64,000 nt of DNA from Octopus vulgaris (lineage: Eukaryota): positions 45,322,001 through 45,386,000 of the forward strand of contig OX597830.1 in assembly GCA_951406725.2 (NCBI GenBank), written 5' to 3'. The position numbers were made by a program, and so were the translations under genes. Shown piece by piece: positions 1 through 12,398 of the stretch. The notes below the pieces were generated by a model. It saw only the letters and a list, made by a program, of their open reading frames with translations. It ran no database searches and was not told the origin of the DNA. Each line of letters begins with the position of its first letter. Position 1 is the stretch's first letter.

Positions 1-873
1 GGTGCACTTTGTCCACGAGTAATCTGGAACTGTTTGAAGCCGATGAAGAGAATTTTCTTGCTCGTTTTATTACTATGGACGAAAGTTGGGTTCATCACTA
101 CCAGCCTGAAACCAAAGAACAATCAAAGCAGTGGAAGCACACATCTTCGCCTACCCCAAAGAAGGCCAGGTCATTCCTTCAGCTGGCAAGGTCATGGCGT
201 CAGTTTTTTTTTTTTTGAATTCTCAAGGTGTCTTGCTGATCGATTACCTTGAAAAGGGTCACACCGTGACAGGGCTGTATTATTCTCAGCTACTGTAATG
301 CCTCTAGGAAGCAATCAAAGAAAAAAGACCAGGAATGCTCACCAGAGGAGTCCTTTTTCATCACGACAATATTCCAGCCCACACCTCAGAGGTTGCCATG
401 GCAACAATTCGTGATTGTGGATACGAACCTGTTCCCCATCTGCCTTATTCGCCAGACTTAGCCCCCTCTGACTTTCATCTATTCCCAAAAATGAAAAAAG
501 CCTTGGCTGGTTGCTATTTTGCCACTGACAATGACGTCATAGACACTGTAGGAAGTTTCTTAGAGTCTCAAACAAAAGAGTTCCTCTACGCCGGGATAAA
601 GGCACTTCAGCACCGCTGGAGAAAGGGTTCAGCTATCAAAGGGGACTCTCTCTTTTACTCTTTTACTCTTTTACTTGTTTCAGTCATTTGACTGCGGCCA
701 TGCTGGAGCACCGCCTTTAATCGAGCAACTCGACCAGGGACTTATTCTTTTGTAAGCCCAGTACTTATTCTATCGGTCTCTTTTGCCGAACCGCTAAGTA
801 ACGGGGACATAAACACACCAGCATCGGTTGTCAAGCAATGCTAGGGGGACAAACACAGATGCACAAACACACA

Positions 874-923
<50 letters not shown>

Positions 924-1160
924 TATACGACGGGCTTCTTTCAGTTTCCGTCTACCAAATCCACTCACAAGGCTTTGGTCGGCCCGGGGCTATAGCAGAA
1001 GACACTTGCCCAAGGTGCCACGCAGTGGGACTGAACCCGGAACCATGTGGTTGGTAAACAAGCTACTTACCACACAGCCACTCCTGTGAAAAATAAATCA
1101 TCAGAAGTCTTATACAATGTTTTGTTTTTTTGAGGCTCAAGACTTTTCCGACATCCCTCG
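1..1160 (+). mobile_element. Mariner (DD34D) transposon, 3' part, frameshifted, interrupted by a SINE
   Basis: Translated motifs ITMDESWVHHY, FHHDN.PAH and PYSPDLAPSDFHLFP occur across frameshifts. The C-terminal KGD..EK* is split by the SINE at 648-1086. A TIR-like end ...gacttttccgacatccctcg|TA lies at about 1135-1162. Confidence 0.9.
648..1086 (-). mobile_element. tRNA-derived SINE, family A (CORE-like body, internal (TA)n, (GAGTAAAA)n tail)
   Basis: Minus-strand head ggagtggctgtgtggtaag...ggttccgggttcagtccc (A/B boxes) and a CORE-like caccttgggcaagtg. Near-identical copies at 21714, 48802 and 59935. Confidence 0.9.
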
Positions 1161-1950
1161 TAAATGAAAAACAAACTATTGCACTATAGAAGTTGTGTCT
1201 TCCCACATAAGCACGAAATTTATATCAAATATGATGCTGTAGTACGTTCCTACCTTTTCCATGCTGCTTAGTAGCTAAATCTAAGAGAACTCGAACCACA
1301 TAACCAATGTACACTACAGATAAAGTATTTCTTTACAACGTATCGCATTACGTCATACAAGAGAAAACACACACACACACACACAGATATAATATAACTC
1401 GATGCTTTAAGAACGAATTTCCTCGGTTTATTTGTTCTGCAGCGAATTACAGACGCTCCCTTAACAATCTCAGCGACAGAGATATAATACTCCAATGATT
1501 CTTCGGTTGGCAACCTGTAACTGACGACATTATTGTTCTCGAATTGCAATAATAAATAATCAATGAACAAATATCTAATCGGTTCTACCTCTTTCCCCAA
1601 ACTAGAATCGTGTTTCTTAAATTTAAAATCATCCTAACTCAACAGCGAGCATTGTAACATAGTTTTCAAAAGAATTTTTTTAAGCTACTTAAATTTTTTT
1701 TAAAGTATTGTTCTCATATTCAAATTGGTATCAACCAAATCCCACCCGACAGTGCGGTAGTGCAGAAATAGATCTGTAAAAACTAACGAGACAAATGGCT
1801 CTCAGATATTCATATCATCTGTATGACAATGGCATTTTGAATGGATCATAGGAATAGTCCAAATATTTCATTTCATTTCAAAATGTAACTGTAATTCTAA
1901 AATACCCTTTGTTATAATAAATCCTTTAAGAGTAACTAATTATAATTAAA

Positions 1951-2326
1951 CTAGCAGTATCGCCCGGCGTTTCTCGGGTTTGTAAGGGAAATAACTATAT
2001 AAGCATTTTTAGAGATGTAAAGTATAATAGCCATCTCAATATAGCTAACTACAAAGGGGGGGATGTTACTGTAGCTTTTTACGTTCTGAGATTTAATAAT
2101 AAATTTTTAGAGAGTTACTTCCCTTATATATGCCAAAATGCATTAAAAATCGGAAAAATTGATGGTAAATTTTTTTTTAAATCGTAGACTCATCGTAGAC
2201 GCGCGCTAATACCCAGAAGGGCTCGATATGAATCACGACTATAAGATACCCGCAAAATGTGGGAGTAGTTAGGAATCTAAATCGTAGGAGACAGACAGCA
2301 CACAACCTCACTTTTATATATAAAGA
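1951..2326 (-). mobile_element. Non-autonomous Helitron (376 bp)
   Basis: On the minus strand it starts A|TCTTTATATATAAAAG and ends with the imperfect hairpin cccgag-aaacg-ccggg followed by CTAG|T. It is inserted between A and T with no TSD. Confidence 0.8.
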
Positions 2327-3119
2327 TTAAATAACTTGATTGACCAGAAAAATATAATTCAGTTCAGAAAACGGATCAGATAAAAATTAGTTAGCCTAAA
2401 AGTAAACAACAGATCAAACTGTCTTCTTTGAATTCTAGCATCATCTAAGAATGATTAATGGTAAAGATAAGGGATAATAGAGTGAGCTTGTTCGTTCCAA
2501 TTTCATTCATTTAAGAGTCAATTCGAAATAACAGGATTCATACAATATTTAAACAAGAAAACGGGGAAAACAGTGCTTATCAGAAAGAGAACTTTTAATG
2601 AGTGAAATAATTATATGCTACATGCTTTTAATGCGACTTTTTTTTAATTAGTATTAGTAATTATTATCATGACTTTGTTAAATATCTATTAATATTTCAA
2701 TATTAATCTCTTTCACATTTCATGTTTTAGTATCGCAAATGTTTTAGACTCTTGTTATTAACTCCTTTGTTGATGTTTATCTTTTGATCGAACAGCTCTC
2801 GTGGAATACAACTATAATTCATGAATGGGCATTCACACATACAGATCGCTTGATACTCACACATGAAAACACACACACAAACAGATATAATATATATACG
2901 CAAATATACAATACATATGTATGTATACTTGTATGCATGTATGAATGCATGTGTGTATGCATGTATGTATATGTATGCGTGTGTATGAAAATATATTTAT
3001 CTATGTGTGTGTGTATAAATGTATACATGTAAGAATGCATATGACTGGTTACACTTTGTTAAATGTTTCATACATCTTTATAGTTTGTTTGTTTGTTTTT
3101 TTAATAATAGGTGCCTTAC

Positions 3120-3647
3120 CTTTTCTCCTTTCATATTTGCAACACACTGTGGTCCAGTAGCAGCCGCAAAAGTTCGCATTCCTAATCGTCTCCAAAACAT
3201 GTCACATTCTCTGTTGGAATAGAGTTCCGCGCTGGTCATGTTGTGCAACTGAAATCTTGCAGCACGTGAATTACGGATGTCACCAATCCCTTCCAATTTA
3301 TAAACTTCCATTCGGACAGAATTTTGAACTGGATCAAGAAGGAAACTGTATATCTTTTGCTGAGATGGTTTAATTGATTTGTCCATAAAATGTTCCACAT
3401 AAAAGTTTGTGGTATCCTCGTCCAAAGATGGCAGTTGAATCGGTGTATAGCGTGACCAAAAGAAGATATGTCGTTCTCGCGTGGGCACAGCATTTGACAA
3501 ATAAGCGTCATTGTGGTACTGTTTTAGGTTGCTATACTCTCCGGGAAGAATTCGAGCCAAAATTCGCAAATCGCGCCTTAAAGACGCCAGCGCCACTCGC
3601 GTAATTAGAAGAAAAATGAAGCATATAATCCTTTTGAACTCGGCCAT
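3120..3647 (-). CDS. First coding exon of a secreted CpcT/CpeT-like (T-type bilin lyase/CRL-like beta-barrel) protein
   Basis: 176 non-repetitive codons. Acceptor tttacag|3660 lies 13 nt before the ATG and donor AAG|GTAAGG follows 3120 (phase 0). There is a hydrophobic signal peptide to about ALA21. Motifs LARILPGEYSN..Q, H60, FYVEH, P.QQKIYSF, ECDMFW and TGPQC parallel the CpcT/CpeT pattern L...M.G.FSN..Q, H, YVEQ, PYR.R, GC.M.., G..C. Confidence 0.8.
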
Positions 3648-3775
3648 AGATATGTGTTATCTGTAAATCATTCAGACATCCAAAGCCAATTTCAGGGAAA
3701 TTAAATCTGCATATTTTAAGCGTTTAATCAAAATTCTTTTTGTTATAATTCATTGCCGAAATCATTTTTCTCTAC

Positions 3776-3933
3776 CTGGACTACTTTGACACTTCATGCT
3801 ATCATTGCCACAACTGTTTACATCAGCAAGAAACGAGTGTTCCTCTTATGAAGGAAGTTTCATGGTAGCGCCCATTAAAACAACTTCATAGCAGATATGT
3901 GGTTCCTGTTCGTGTCCATTATTGTTGGTGCAC
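3776..3933 (-). other. Candidate 5'UTR exon of the CpcT-like gene
   Basis: Acceptor tattttattttttag|3933 and donor CAG|GTAGAG after 3776 would leave a 115-nt intron to the 3660 acceptor. No transcript evidence. Confidence 0.3.
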
Positions 3934-4376
3934 CTAAAAAATAAAATATAGCATTCACTTAATGTTGTTAATACGATTTAAGTTAATGATTAGTTTAATT
4001 AAATTCAGCCCTTATAAAACACAATACTTATTAACAAAAATTGTCTGTGCAATTTCTTTACGGAGAAAAATTACAAAACAAGCAAAATATTAGCGTTTTA
4101 TGCAGAAATATCTTCGCATGTAAAGAAAATCATATCAAACTATTTCACATGCTCATCACACTATCATCAATTTATCGTAGACAATCAGGTTGAAAAAATT
4201 AACATCACACGCCCTTACATTTGACAGAAAGTCAATTTACACTCAATTATGGGGAAAACTATAACTTTGAATCAATTCATTCCATATGCCTTTTCATTTA
4301 AACACACACACACACATATAGAAATAAACACAGAGACTCAAATGTGTATGTATTTATGGAAACATATATATACATG

Positions 4377-4427
<51 letters not shown>

Positions 4428-4740
4428 CATATATGCACATGTATAGTTATGTGTGTAAACACGTCTAGTAAATAATTTGACTATTGTATAACCATTAAGT
4501 AACCACTTAAGAAACCAGCTAGTGATATGATAACGACTTTGCCAAAACAAATTATTTATCATAACATCACAGACAGAAACATAAACTTTGCTTTTGGCGG
4601 GAAACCAAGAAAAAAAAACATGTTCACAATTTTTCCGAAACGAAAGTGAGTCAATCGACATCGCAAGAATTTGTCAATTATGAAGAATAATTTCAGTCAA
4701 TAACGAAGTAACCAACAATACCTTGCGTTCAAATTATCTT

Positions 4741-4799
<59 letters not shown>
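4741..4799. repeat. (GTA)n microsatellite
   Basis: Perfect trinucleotide run. Confidence 0.95.
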
Positions 4800-5389
4800 T
4801 CGATCTACGTGAAATAATTCTGCTCTCACTGACTCAGAACAATAATATCTATTTACAAAACAAAATATACGGGACGATATGGGGTTAAGAAGTTTACTTC
4901 GCAAACAGGTCCTTTCTGTTTCGATTACGAAGTCTCTTCTGATTCTGTAGCCCCGAATTGGTCAATGTTTCCTTCGCAAAGTACGTGCACAGAAGATTTT
5001 TAGTGGAAAAAACATTAATGACTTCCTTTCACTGCATTCCGCTAGTGTATCAGCGGTATATGTAAACTAAGCGTATTACACTAACCAGGGACGGTTGTTT
5101 GATTAAGGAATTCCTTTCACAATAACGGAGTTTCAGCTTTAATTGCACTAATTGGCATCTTGGGCCAGTGTCATGTACTATACCCCCAAGACGACTAAAA
5201 TCTTGGCAGTGAAATTAGAAGCTGTGTAGATTCCTGTTAGACTGTTCTTGAATAACAGTTTTAATCCATCGCTCGGTTTAATGGCGCTACTCTCGCAATT
5301 GAAGTAGATTAGTCTGATATCCGACATCAGGAAAAAAACTTCCGTTCTCCAGAGTTGAAATCTATTCTAAGGAGATTGCCAATAATTTC

Positions 5390-5576
5390 TTACTTAAACA
5401 AGGAACCTGAGGTTTTATTGTTAAAGGAAACTAATGTTTTCTCACTTTTACAGTGGACACAAATACAAGCGGAATCTATTCTGTTGTTATATTTATTCGG
5501 GCTCAGAGAATAGCCATCATTTTTTCTCCGGGTTTTGAAGGCTCTAGAGAAGGTCATGGCCGTTGTCTTTCCGCCT
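5390..5576 (-). CDS. Candidate exon of an unidentified gene (GGKTTAMTFSRAFK...SACICVHCK...)
   Basis: Acceptor ttttttatgacctaatcag|5576. It is in frame with the phase-2 end of the 6127-6007 exon and open to a stop at 5390. Confidence 0.25.
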
Positions 5577-5677
5577 CTGATTAGGTCATAAAAAACATAA
5601 AGACAACGCATTTAAAAGCTCGTTATTGGAAACTTACTCTTGCCTTTCAGCATTCACCACCAAATAACAAGTTCACT

Positions 5678-5920
5678 CGACCTTCAGAAATAACAGTTAA
5701 ATGTCCTTCAAATCACATCCTTCCGTCTTGAAAAAAATGCGAAGGGCATAGTTCTGGTCTGTGAAATGCTTTTAATTATAAGTATATTTGACTATGGACG
5801 ATATAAAGCTATGCAGTAAAATATTGGTGAACCAATGAGAGAACTTCTACAAGGTCGTTTGACTTGCTAGAAATAGCAGAAAATTATCCTTTTACTCACA
5901 CCCTACCGCATTCAAAGAGG
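5678..5920 (+). repeat. Two degenerate copies of a short dispersed repeat (gacttgctagaaatagcag...tcacaccctaccgtc)
   Basis: The same motif recurs at about 32450, 32517, 48020, 49495, 63475 and 63645, and inverted at about 48270 and 48590. Confidence 0.55.
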
Positions 5921-6006
5921 GGACTCTACAGAGGATTGTGACACCTACTGAGAAAGAAACATGCGTCCACCGCTGTCCTTTTATCTTCAGAAAAACGAAA
6001 ACATAC

Positions 6007-6127
6007 TGGTTCTTGCAATATGGTATGTCAATTCCGGAGAAATCTTTGTGCTTGAGATAATCCCTTCTCATTTCAGAATCGCTTGCAATTGCCTTCAGGC
6101 ATTTGTCTAATGCCTCTCGATGTTCCA
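6007..6127 (-). CDS. Candidate internal coding exon (EHREALDKCLKAIASDSEMRRDYLKHKDFSGIDIPYCKN), unidentified
   Basis: Acceptor attttccaag|6127 and donor CA|GTATGT after 6007. 121 nt, open, protein-like composition, phase 1 to phase 2. Confidence 0.45.
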
Positions 6128-6721
6128 CTTGGAAAATATTTAATAATAGGTCTGCTTAATCAAAACTCTCTTGGTACTAAACAACAACAAAATAGGAAAA
6201 CCATAACGTAAAAGCAGATGTATCTCCGATATGTGTCCGACTAATAATCGATGGTTTTGTGTGTGATCATTAACCAAAAATAATTGTATAAAAACAAAAA
6301 AAAAAACAACAAAGAAAATTAGAACGTGAAAGGAGTATCAGAAGTGGAAGGCGACAAGCCAGCATAAACAGAAAGGTGTGTGGAAGGTAATGATAAAGCA
6401 TATACTACTGCGAGGAAATAAAAGAACAGAGGCTAAGAGTGAGACAAATGAATGCAAGAATGAAAGGAATGAATGTTCAATCAAAACAATATGGAGAACG
6501 CAGACGACATATGTGAGCTGCGCTATTTCTTCCGTTGACTTATGGTATGTTATAGTTGTGAATTAAACTTTATGTAATTGCAAAAGAGGGACGAAAAAAG
6601 TGTGTTAGTTCACTATTCAGGGAGGTGTGTGTGTGTGTGTGTGTGTGTTCATACGTGTATTTGTATATATGCATACACACACACATTTACAAAACGCGCG
6701 CTCGCACACAGACCCCCCCCC

Positions 6722-6766
<45 letters not shown>

Positions 6767-6827
6767 CTGACTTTTAGCTTCATCATTCATGTGCGTGTCT
6801 GTGAGTGCGTTTGTGCGTGTAATTTTA

Positions 6828-7121
<294 letters not shown>

Positions 7122-7167
7122 TACATATGTATTTTTCTCGCCCCTCCTTAATTCTTCTGTCCCTCTG

Positions 7168-7208
<41 letters not shown>

Positions 7209-7213
7209 CCTAC

Positions 7214-7458
7214 GTGACCGGTTTTCGGCCAAGCCTGATCTTTCTTTCTTGGTTCGGCTGTCGTCTGTGCAACATCTATATTCCTCTCTGTGCCTGTAAA
7301 ATCTTGTATCCCTGCCGTAAGGCTTTATTTCTACACACACCGGCTTAATTTAATTCGTCCTCGGATTTCCTGTGGTCCATAGATGTACTCTTTCTTTTGT
7401 ATTTTTCTAACCATATTCGTGTCCAGAGGGTAGCTTATTTGGAATGCATCGATGTAGC
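7214..7458 (-). CDS. Candidate exon(s) (YIDAFQISYPLDTN...KLSR / HREEYRCCTDDSR...ENRS), unidentified
   Basis: Acceptor ctctctttgaag|7458 and donor C|GTAGGG after 7214 (phase 1, matching the 6127 exon). The two reading frames are offset at a (TG)n near 7335. Confidence 0.25.
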
Positions 7459-8151
7459 CTTCAAAGAGAGATGTATGTCTATATGCATATGCGTATGTAT
7501 GTATGACATTCCCATGAGTAAAATGCAGCGATTTTGCCTCAAAGGGTAAGCAATTAATTATGAATTTTAACTTCATGATAAATAACAAAACGGAGGTAAG
7601 AGAATTGAAGAAAAGACAAACAAATATTAAGGAATCAATCAACAAGAAAGAAAGAAAATTTCAGGAAGTCATAATAAAGACGTACTAAACACTTTAAACA
7701 GGATTTAAGGAGAAAAGAAATGTTAACAGACACCATTAAACTAGCAGTTCCAGTAAGAAATGATTGTTTTAATATTCTCAACTGGACGCCAAATCAATTA
7801 GGAAGAGTTGATATAAAAGGCAGAGAAATAGTGCTTTAAGAATACACCACCCAGAATTTGAAGAAAGAAAGATTATATTACCAGGAGTATAGGATGATAG
7901 GGGTCTTATTTAATTAGGAAACTATTATAAAAGGAATTTCCTGTAGGTGTGCGAACATATCTGTAAAAAAACAACGGAAGATTGACATTGATGGCTTCTA
8001 AATACAAACAAAAACCCTGTTCACTACATTCAAATAAACCAACAGTTATTTAAACAGTTGAAATGGTTGGCAGTTGCGAGGAAACAGAGAAATTAAACTG
8101 AAAATTGTAAAAATACATTTAGCAAGATACACACACACACACACACACACG

Positions 8152-8207
<56 letters not shown>

Positions 8208-8336
8208 TATAATAAGCAAAATGAGCAACAAAGATATCCAGAGGTAATGCAGTACGATCGTTTCATGCGACTCCATTTAATTGAACAAAGCAAACAGTAC
8301 TCAATTTTAAATATAGAGCAATCTCTCTCTCTCTCC

Positions 8337-8420
<84 letters not shown>

Positions 8421-8689
8421 GAGAGAGAGGGAGAGAGAGAGAGAGAAGAATCGTCAGAATTTTGGAAAAAAATCTTATTTAAACGAATAATAATGAAATT
8501 ATTGTATACAGTGCTCAGTTCCTTTCTCGAACTTGTCAAATAAAATTTTGTGAATGTACATTTATATAAAACAGAAGTTTTTTTTGTGGGGGGTAGAAGA
8601 GAACATTGTTTTTGTTTTGGGGGTGAGGTTCCATGACAATGGAGATGGATTGATAGAAATATAGGTAGGTAGATATGCTGATAGCAAAG

Positions 8690-9770
8690 AAAGCCCAATC
8701 CCGCATAGAAAATTTCTTATTAAAGAAATAAGTGATTCACTGGAAGAGACAAGGATACGTGCGAATTTAGCTCTATGCCGACTGGAAATAGAAATCGCTC
8801 TTCTACAATCACGGAAAATAAGACACCAGGAAGAAGTAATAAATATTGTCGCAGTTATGTTTGCCGAAATTGCTGAGCGGAGTGACAATGCCATGAAAAA
8901 CTACAAAATCTATGGAAAGAAGACACAAAGCGGGAAGAAGAAAAATCCATAAAAATGCGGGAAAAACAACAAAAGTGGTTCGCTAACAATGAAAAAACTA
9001 TGGAGATAAATCCATTATGAAAACGAAATCACAGCGAAGATATACGATGAAATCGAAAACAAACATAGACACTAACCCAGAGGAACCTCTAATTACCCAA
9101 GAACATACGCGGAAATAACCTCCAGCTCACCCCAAGTACAAATTAGAAACCCATATTCTATAACACATAAAGTATAGAAGACAACCATCAACCCATAAGT
9201 CCAAACACCATAGATGGATAAATAGAAAGGAAAAAAGACATGAAAGACAAATAACATACAGACAACCACCGACCCGTAATAATATGTACCCCGGATGGAT
9301 GAATACATGGGAAGAAAGACAAGTAAAATACAGACAGCAGAGGTACTATAATAGGAATAATAATCATCATGATAACTCAAACAAACCACGATTTACGACC
9401 AAAAATCCCATGTATCCAGAATGGCCAAAAAAGCATGGAAGATGGGAAGAAAACGAAACTTATAACAAACAGAATTCATATAAAAGACATGAACCATCCT
9501 CCTGCCTACATGGAAACCAGAACGCCGAGATCTGAGAACGGAGACGTGATAACAATTCCTTTTTTAGGGAGAAAATACCAAAATCACGCACCTGACCCGA
9601 AAAGCCCCCAAAATGAAAACTGATTGAAAAAAAAACACCTTACGGAATAGCAGATGCCAACCAAAAGATCTTAAACACCTCACAAGGGCAGAATTCAAAT
9701 AAGAGAATGAATCAGAATTCTTAGTAAAAGAATGTGAAGATAGGAGATGTGAAATAGGCAACAATATCGA
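8690..9770 (+). mobile_element. Degenerate ORF remnant, probably the 5' region of a retroelement (possibly Penelope-like)
   Basis: A-rich, stop-riddled coding-like stretch (PIPHRKFLIKEI...EETRIRANLALCRLEIEIALLQSRK) lying between repeats. No splice structure seen. Confidence 0.35.
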
Positions 9771-10087
9771 GAGTGGCTCTCTTGGCTTTTAATCTTAACT
9801 GGCTGGAAGTATTATCATGTACATTGCTTTGTCTTGGTATAAAAGAGGAATTCTTGGGGGTTTGAATGATTCACCTCTGGAAAACAAACATTAATCAGGG
9901 ACTTTTTGAACGGGATAGGCTACTCAACCTGAAGAAAATTCTGAGTCCCAACTGCAAAGTCGTGCGCTGTTTATCTTAATATAAGTTCACCATGCCGCGC
10001 ACATATGGCTGTGATGCATGTGCTGGGTGTACCTTTATCAGACGGGTAGTCATGATGAGTATAATGGGCTTCGTATATTTGTACCCC

Positions 10088-10088
<1 letters not shown>
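9770..10088 (+). mobile_element. 3'UTR fragment of an R4/Dong-type LINE ending in (TAA)n
   Basis: Homologous to 14105-14343 and to the reverse complement of 61233-61560; followed by (AAT)n at 10088-10141. Confidence 0.7.
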
Positions 10089-10122
<34 letters not shown>

Positions 10123-10141
10123 TAATAATAATAATAATAAT

Positions 10142-10290
10142 AAATTGATGTAACTACAAGAGTTGCATTGATTTAGAAATCTGCTCTACTGGGAACAGCA
10201 AGGATTGTAAGAAAAATTTTCAGTATCTAAGGAAACTGGTTGTGATCCGGTATCAAGTACACAGATTGGGTTTATTTACATTTGTGAAGA
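10142..10290 (+). mobile_element. Short 3' end of an R4/Dong-type LINE ORF
   Basis: Encodes KSALLGTARIVRKIFSI*, the same terminal motif as the element at 12399-13607; directly follows (TAA)n. Confidence 0.65.
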
Positions 10291-11056
10291 AAAAAAGATA
10301 CCCTTCCCCCCCACCCCTAAGCCTAAAATAGATTGAAATGTAATAGATCGATACTAGGGTCATAATTATGGGTGACAATTTCATATGACACCGCTAGAAA
10401 AAACTGCCGTTCAAACCGAAAAGATCCGAATATTTTCCTAGCGATCCACATTCTGGTTAACAATCATCCTATTTACTATGTTATATAGTTTGATTCTTGT
10501 TAATTTATGATTAATTAAATGGTGTCGCCTAATAATGACGTAGAAATATTCCGACAGTGAATATCAGTTGGGCGTTGGAGTGAAAATATTTTGATGGGTT
10601 TAAATAGTTATTAACACATGAGAAATCTTCCTACTGCCTACTTTAATCATAGTTTCTAATATACTGCCAGCTATAATGATGTCTATCTTCAAACGGAATG
10701 TTCAAATGTGTATTAATCTTTTCCATATGGTAGTCTTCCAGAGAAAATTAGTTTCGTGCATAGCTTTAATACACACACAACACAAACCAGCCTCGAATAT
10801 CTATATATGGTCCAGTGTTTCGTAGCTACTTAAGTAAACAATCGAAACCTAAAAGGCGGGGGGTAAAAATAAGAGCATATAGAAATCGAATCGTAATCCT
10901 TTGGTTAAGACCATAACACTTCATCATAAATCAACCATCACCAGTTTTCACTCACCGATCTTTATTGGTTGACGTACCAACTACCCCGACGATTCCATTG
11001 TGCTACTAGAAACAGCATATAGCAACCATCTTACTTAACTTTCGTTCTTAACTAAG

Positions 11057-11063
11057 GTGTGTA

Positions 11064-11102
<39 letters not shown>

Positions 11103-11247
11103 ATGTGTGTGCATGTGTGTGCGTGCGTGCGTGTGCGTGCGTGCGTGTATGTGTGTTTGTTTGTGTGTATGTGTTTGTGTGTGTGTGTGTCTGTGTGTGT
11201 GCAAGCGCACGCTCTTTGAAATATCCTCTTTCATTAATCGATGCATT

Positions 11248-11283
<36 letters not shown>

Positions 11284-11320
11284 TCAAACATACAGACAAA
11301 CAGACAGACAGACAGAGAAA
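11057..11320. repeat. Compound (TG)n/(GA)n/(GACA)n microsatellite
   Basis: Visible directly. Confidence 0.9.
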
Positions 11321-11675
11321 GGCAGAGACGGGAAAAGAAAGAGAATAGTATTTCCTTATTAGAACGAGCTTATGGTATTTTAATGGGATTTGCAAAGCAC
11401 TCATTACTACAGTTGGAAAAGGCATCGTTTACTCCATTGAAGTAAACTGCTCGCCCAGATATTCTAACGGAAACGATATAACATCGGATTCCTATTCACC
11501 GCATCTCGACCAGTTACAGAAAGGTAACTCCATTCACGTAGATGTACCAATTAAGTACTACCGTCTTAATTTATTTTCGTGCTTAGGGAGAAATCTGATC
11601 TATGTTTGCAAGAGACAACTATAAACATGCTTTAGTATTACGTGGTGTATAGTTTACCATTAAATTATAACTGTA

Positions 11676-12398
<723 letters not shown>

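Noticed and set aside
838-1089. Recurrent ORFs RRASFSFRLPNPLTR... (also 21887 and 48966)
   Set aside because: Antisense translation of SINE family A, not a gene family.
1268-1600. Minus ORF as the second exon of the CpcT-like gene
   Set aside because: A phase-0 join at the ttacag acceptor (about 1515) gives VANRRIIGVLYLCR*. The long open frame is out of phase and lacks recognisable CpcT C-terminal strands. The true next exon is probably outside the window.
3078-3119. C-terminal 13 codons (VRHLLLKKQTNKL) of the 189-aa ORF
   Set aside because: They follow a consensus AAG|GTAAGG donor and run into (AAAC)n low-complexity sequence, so they are read as intron.
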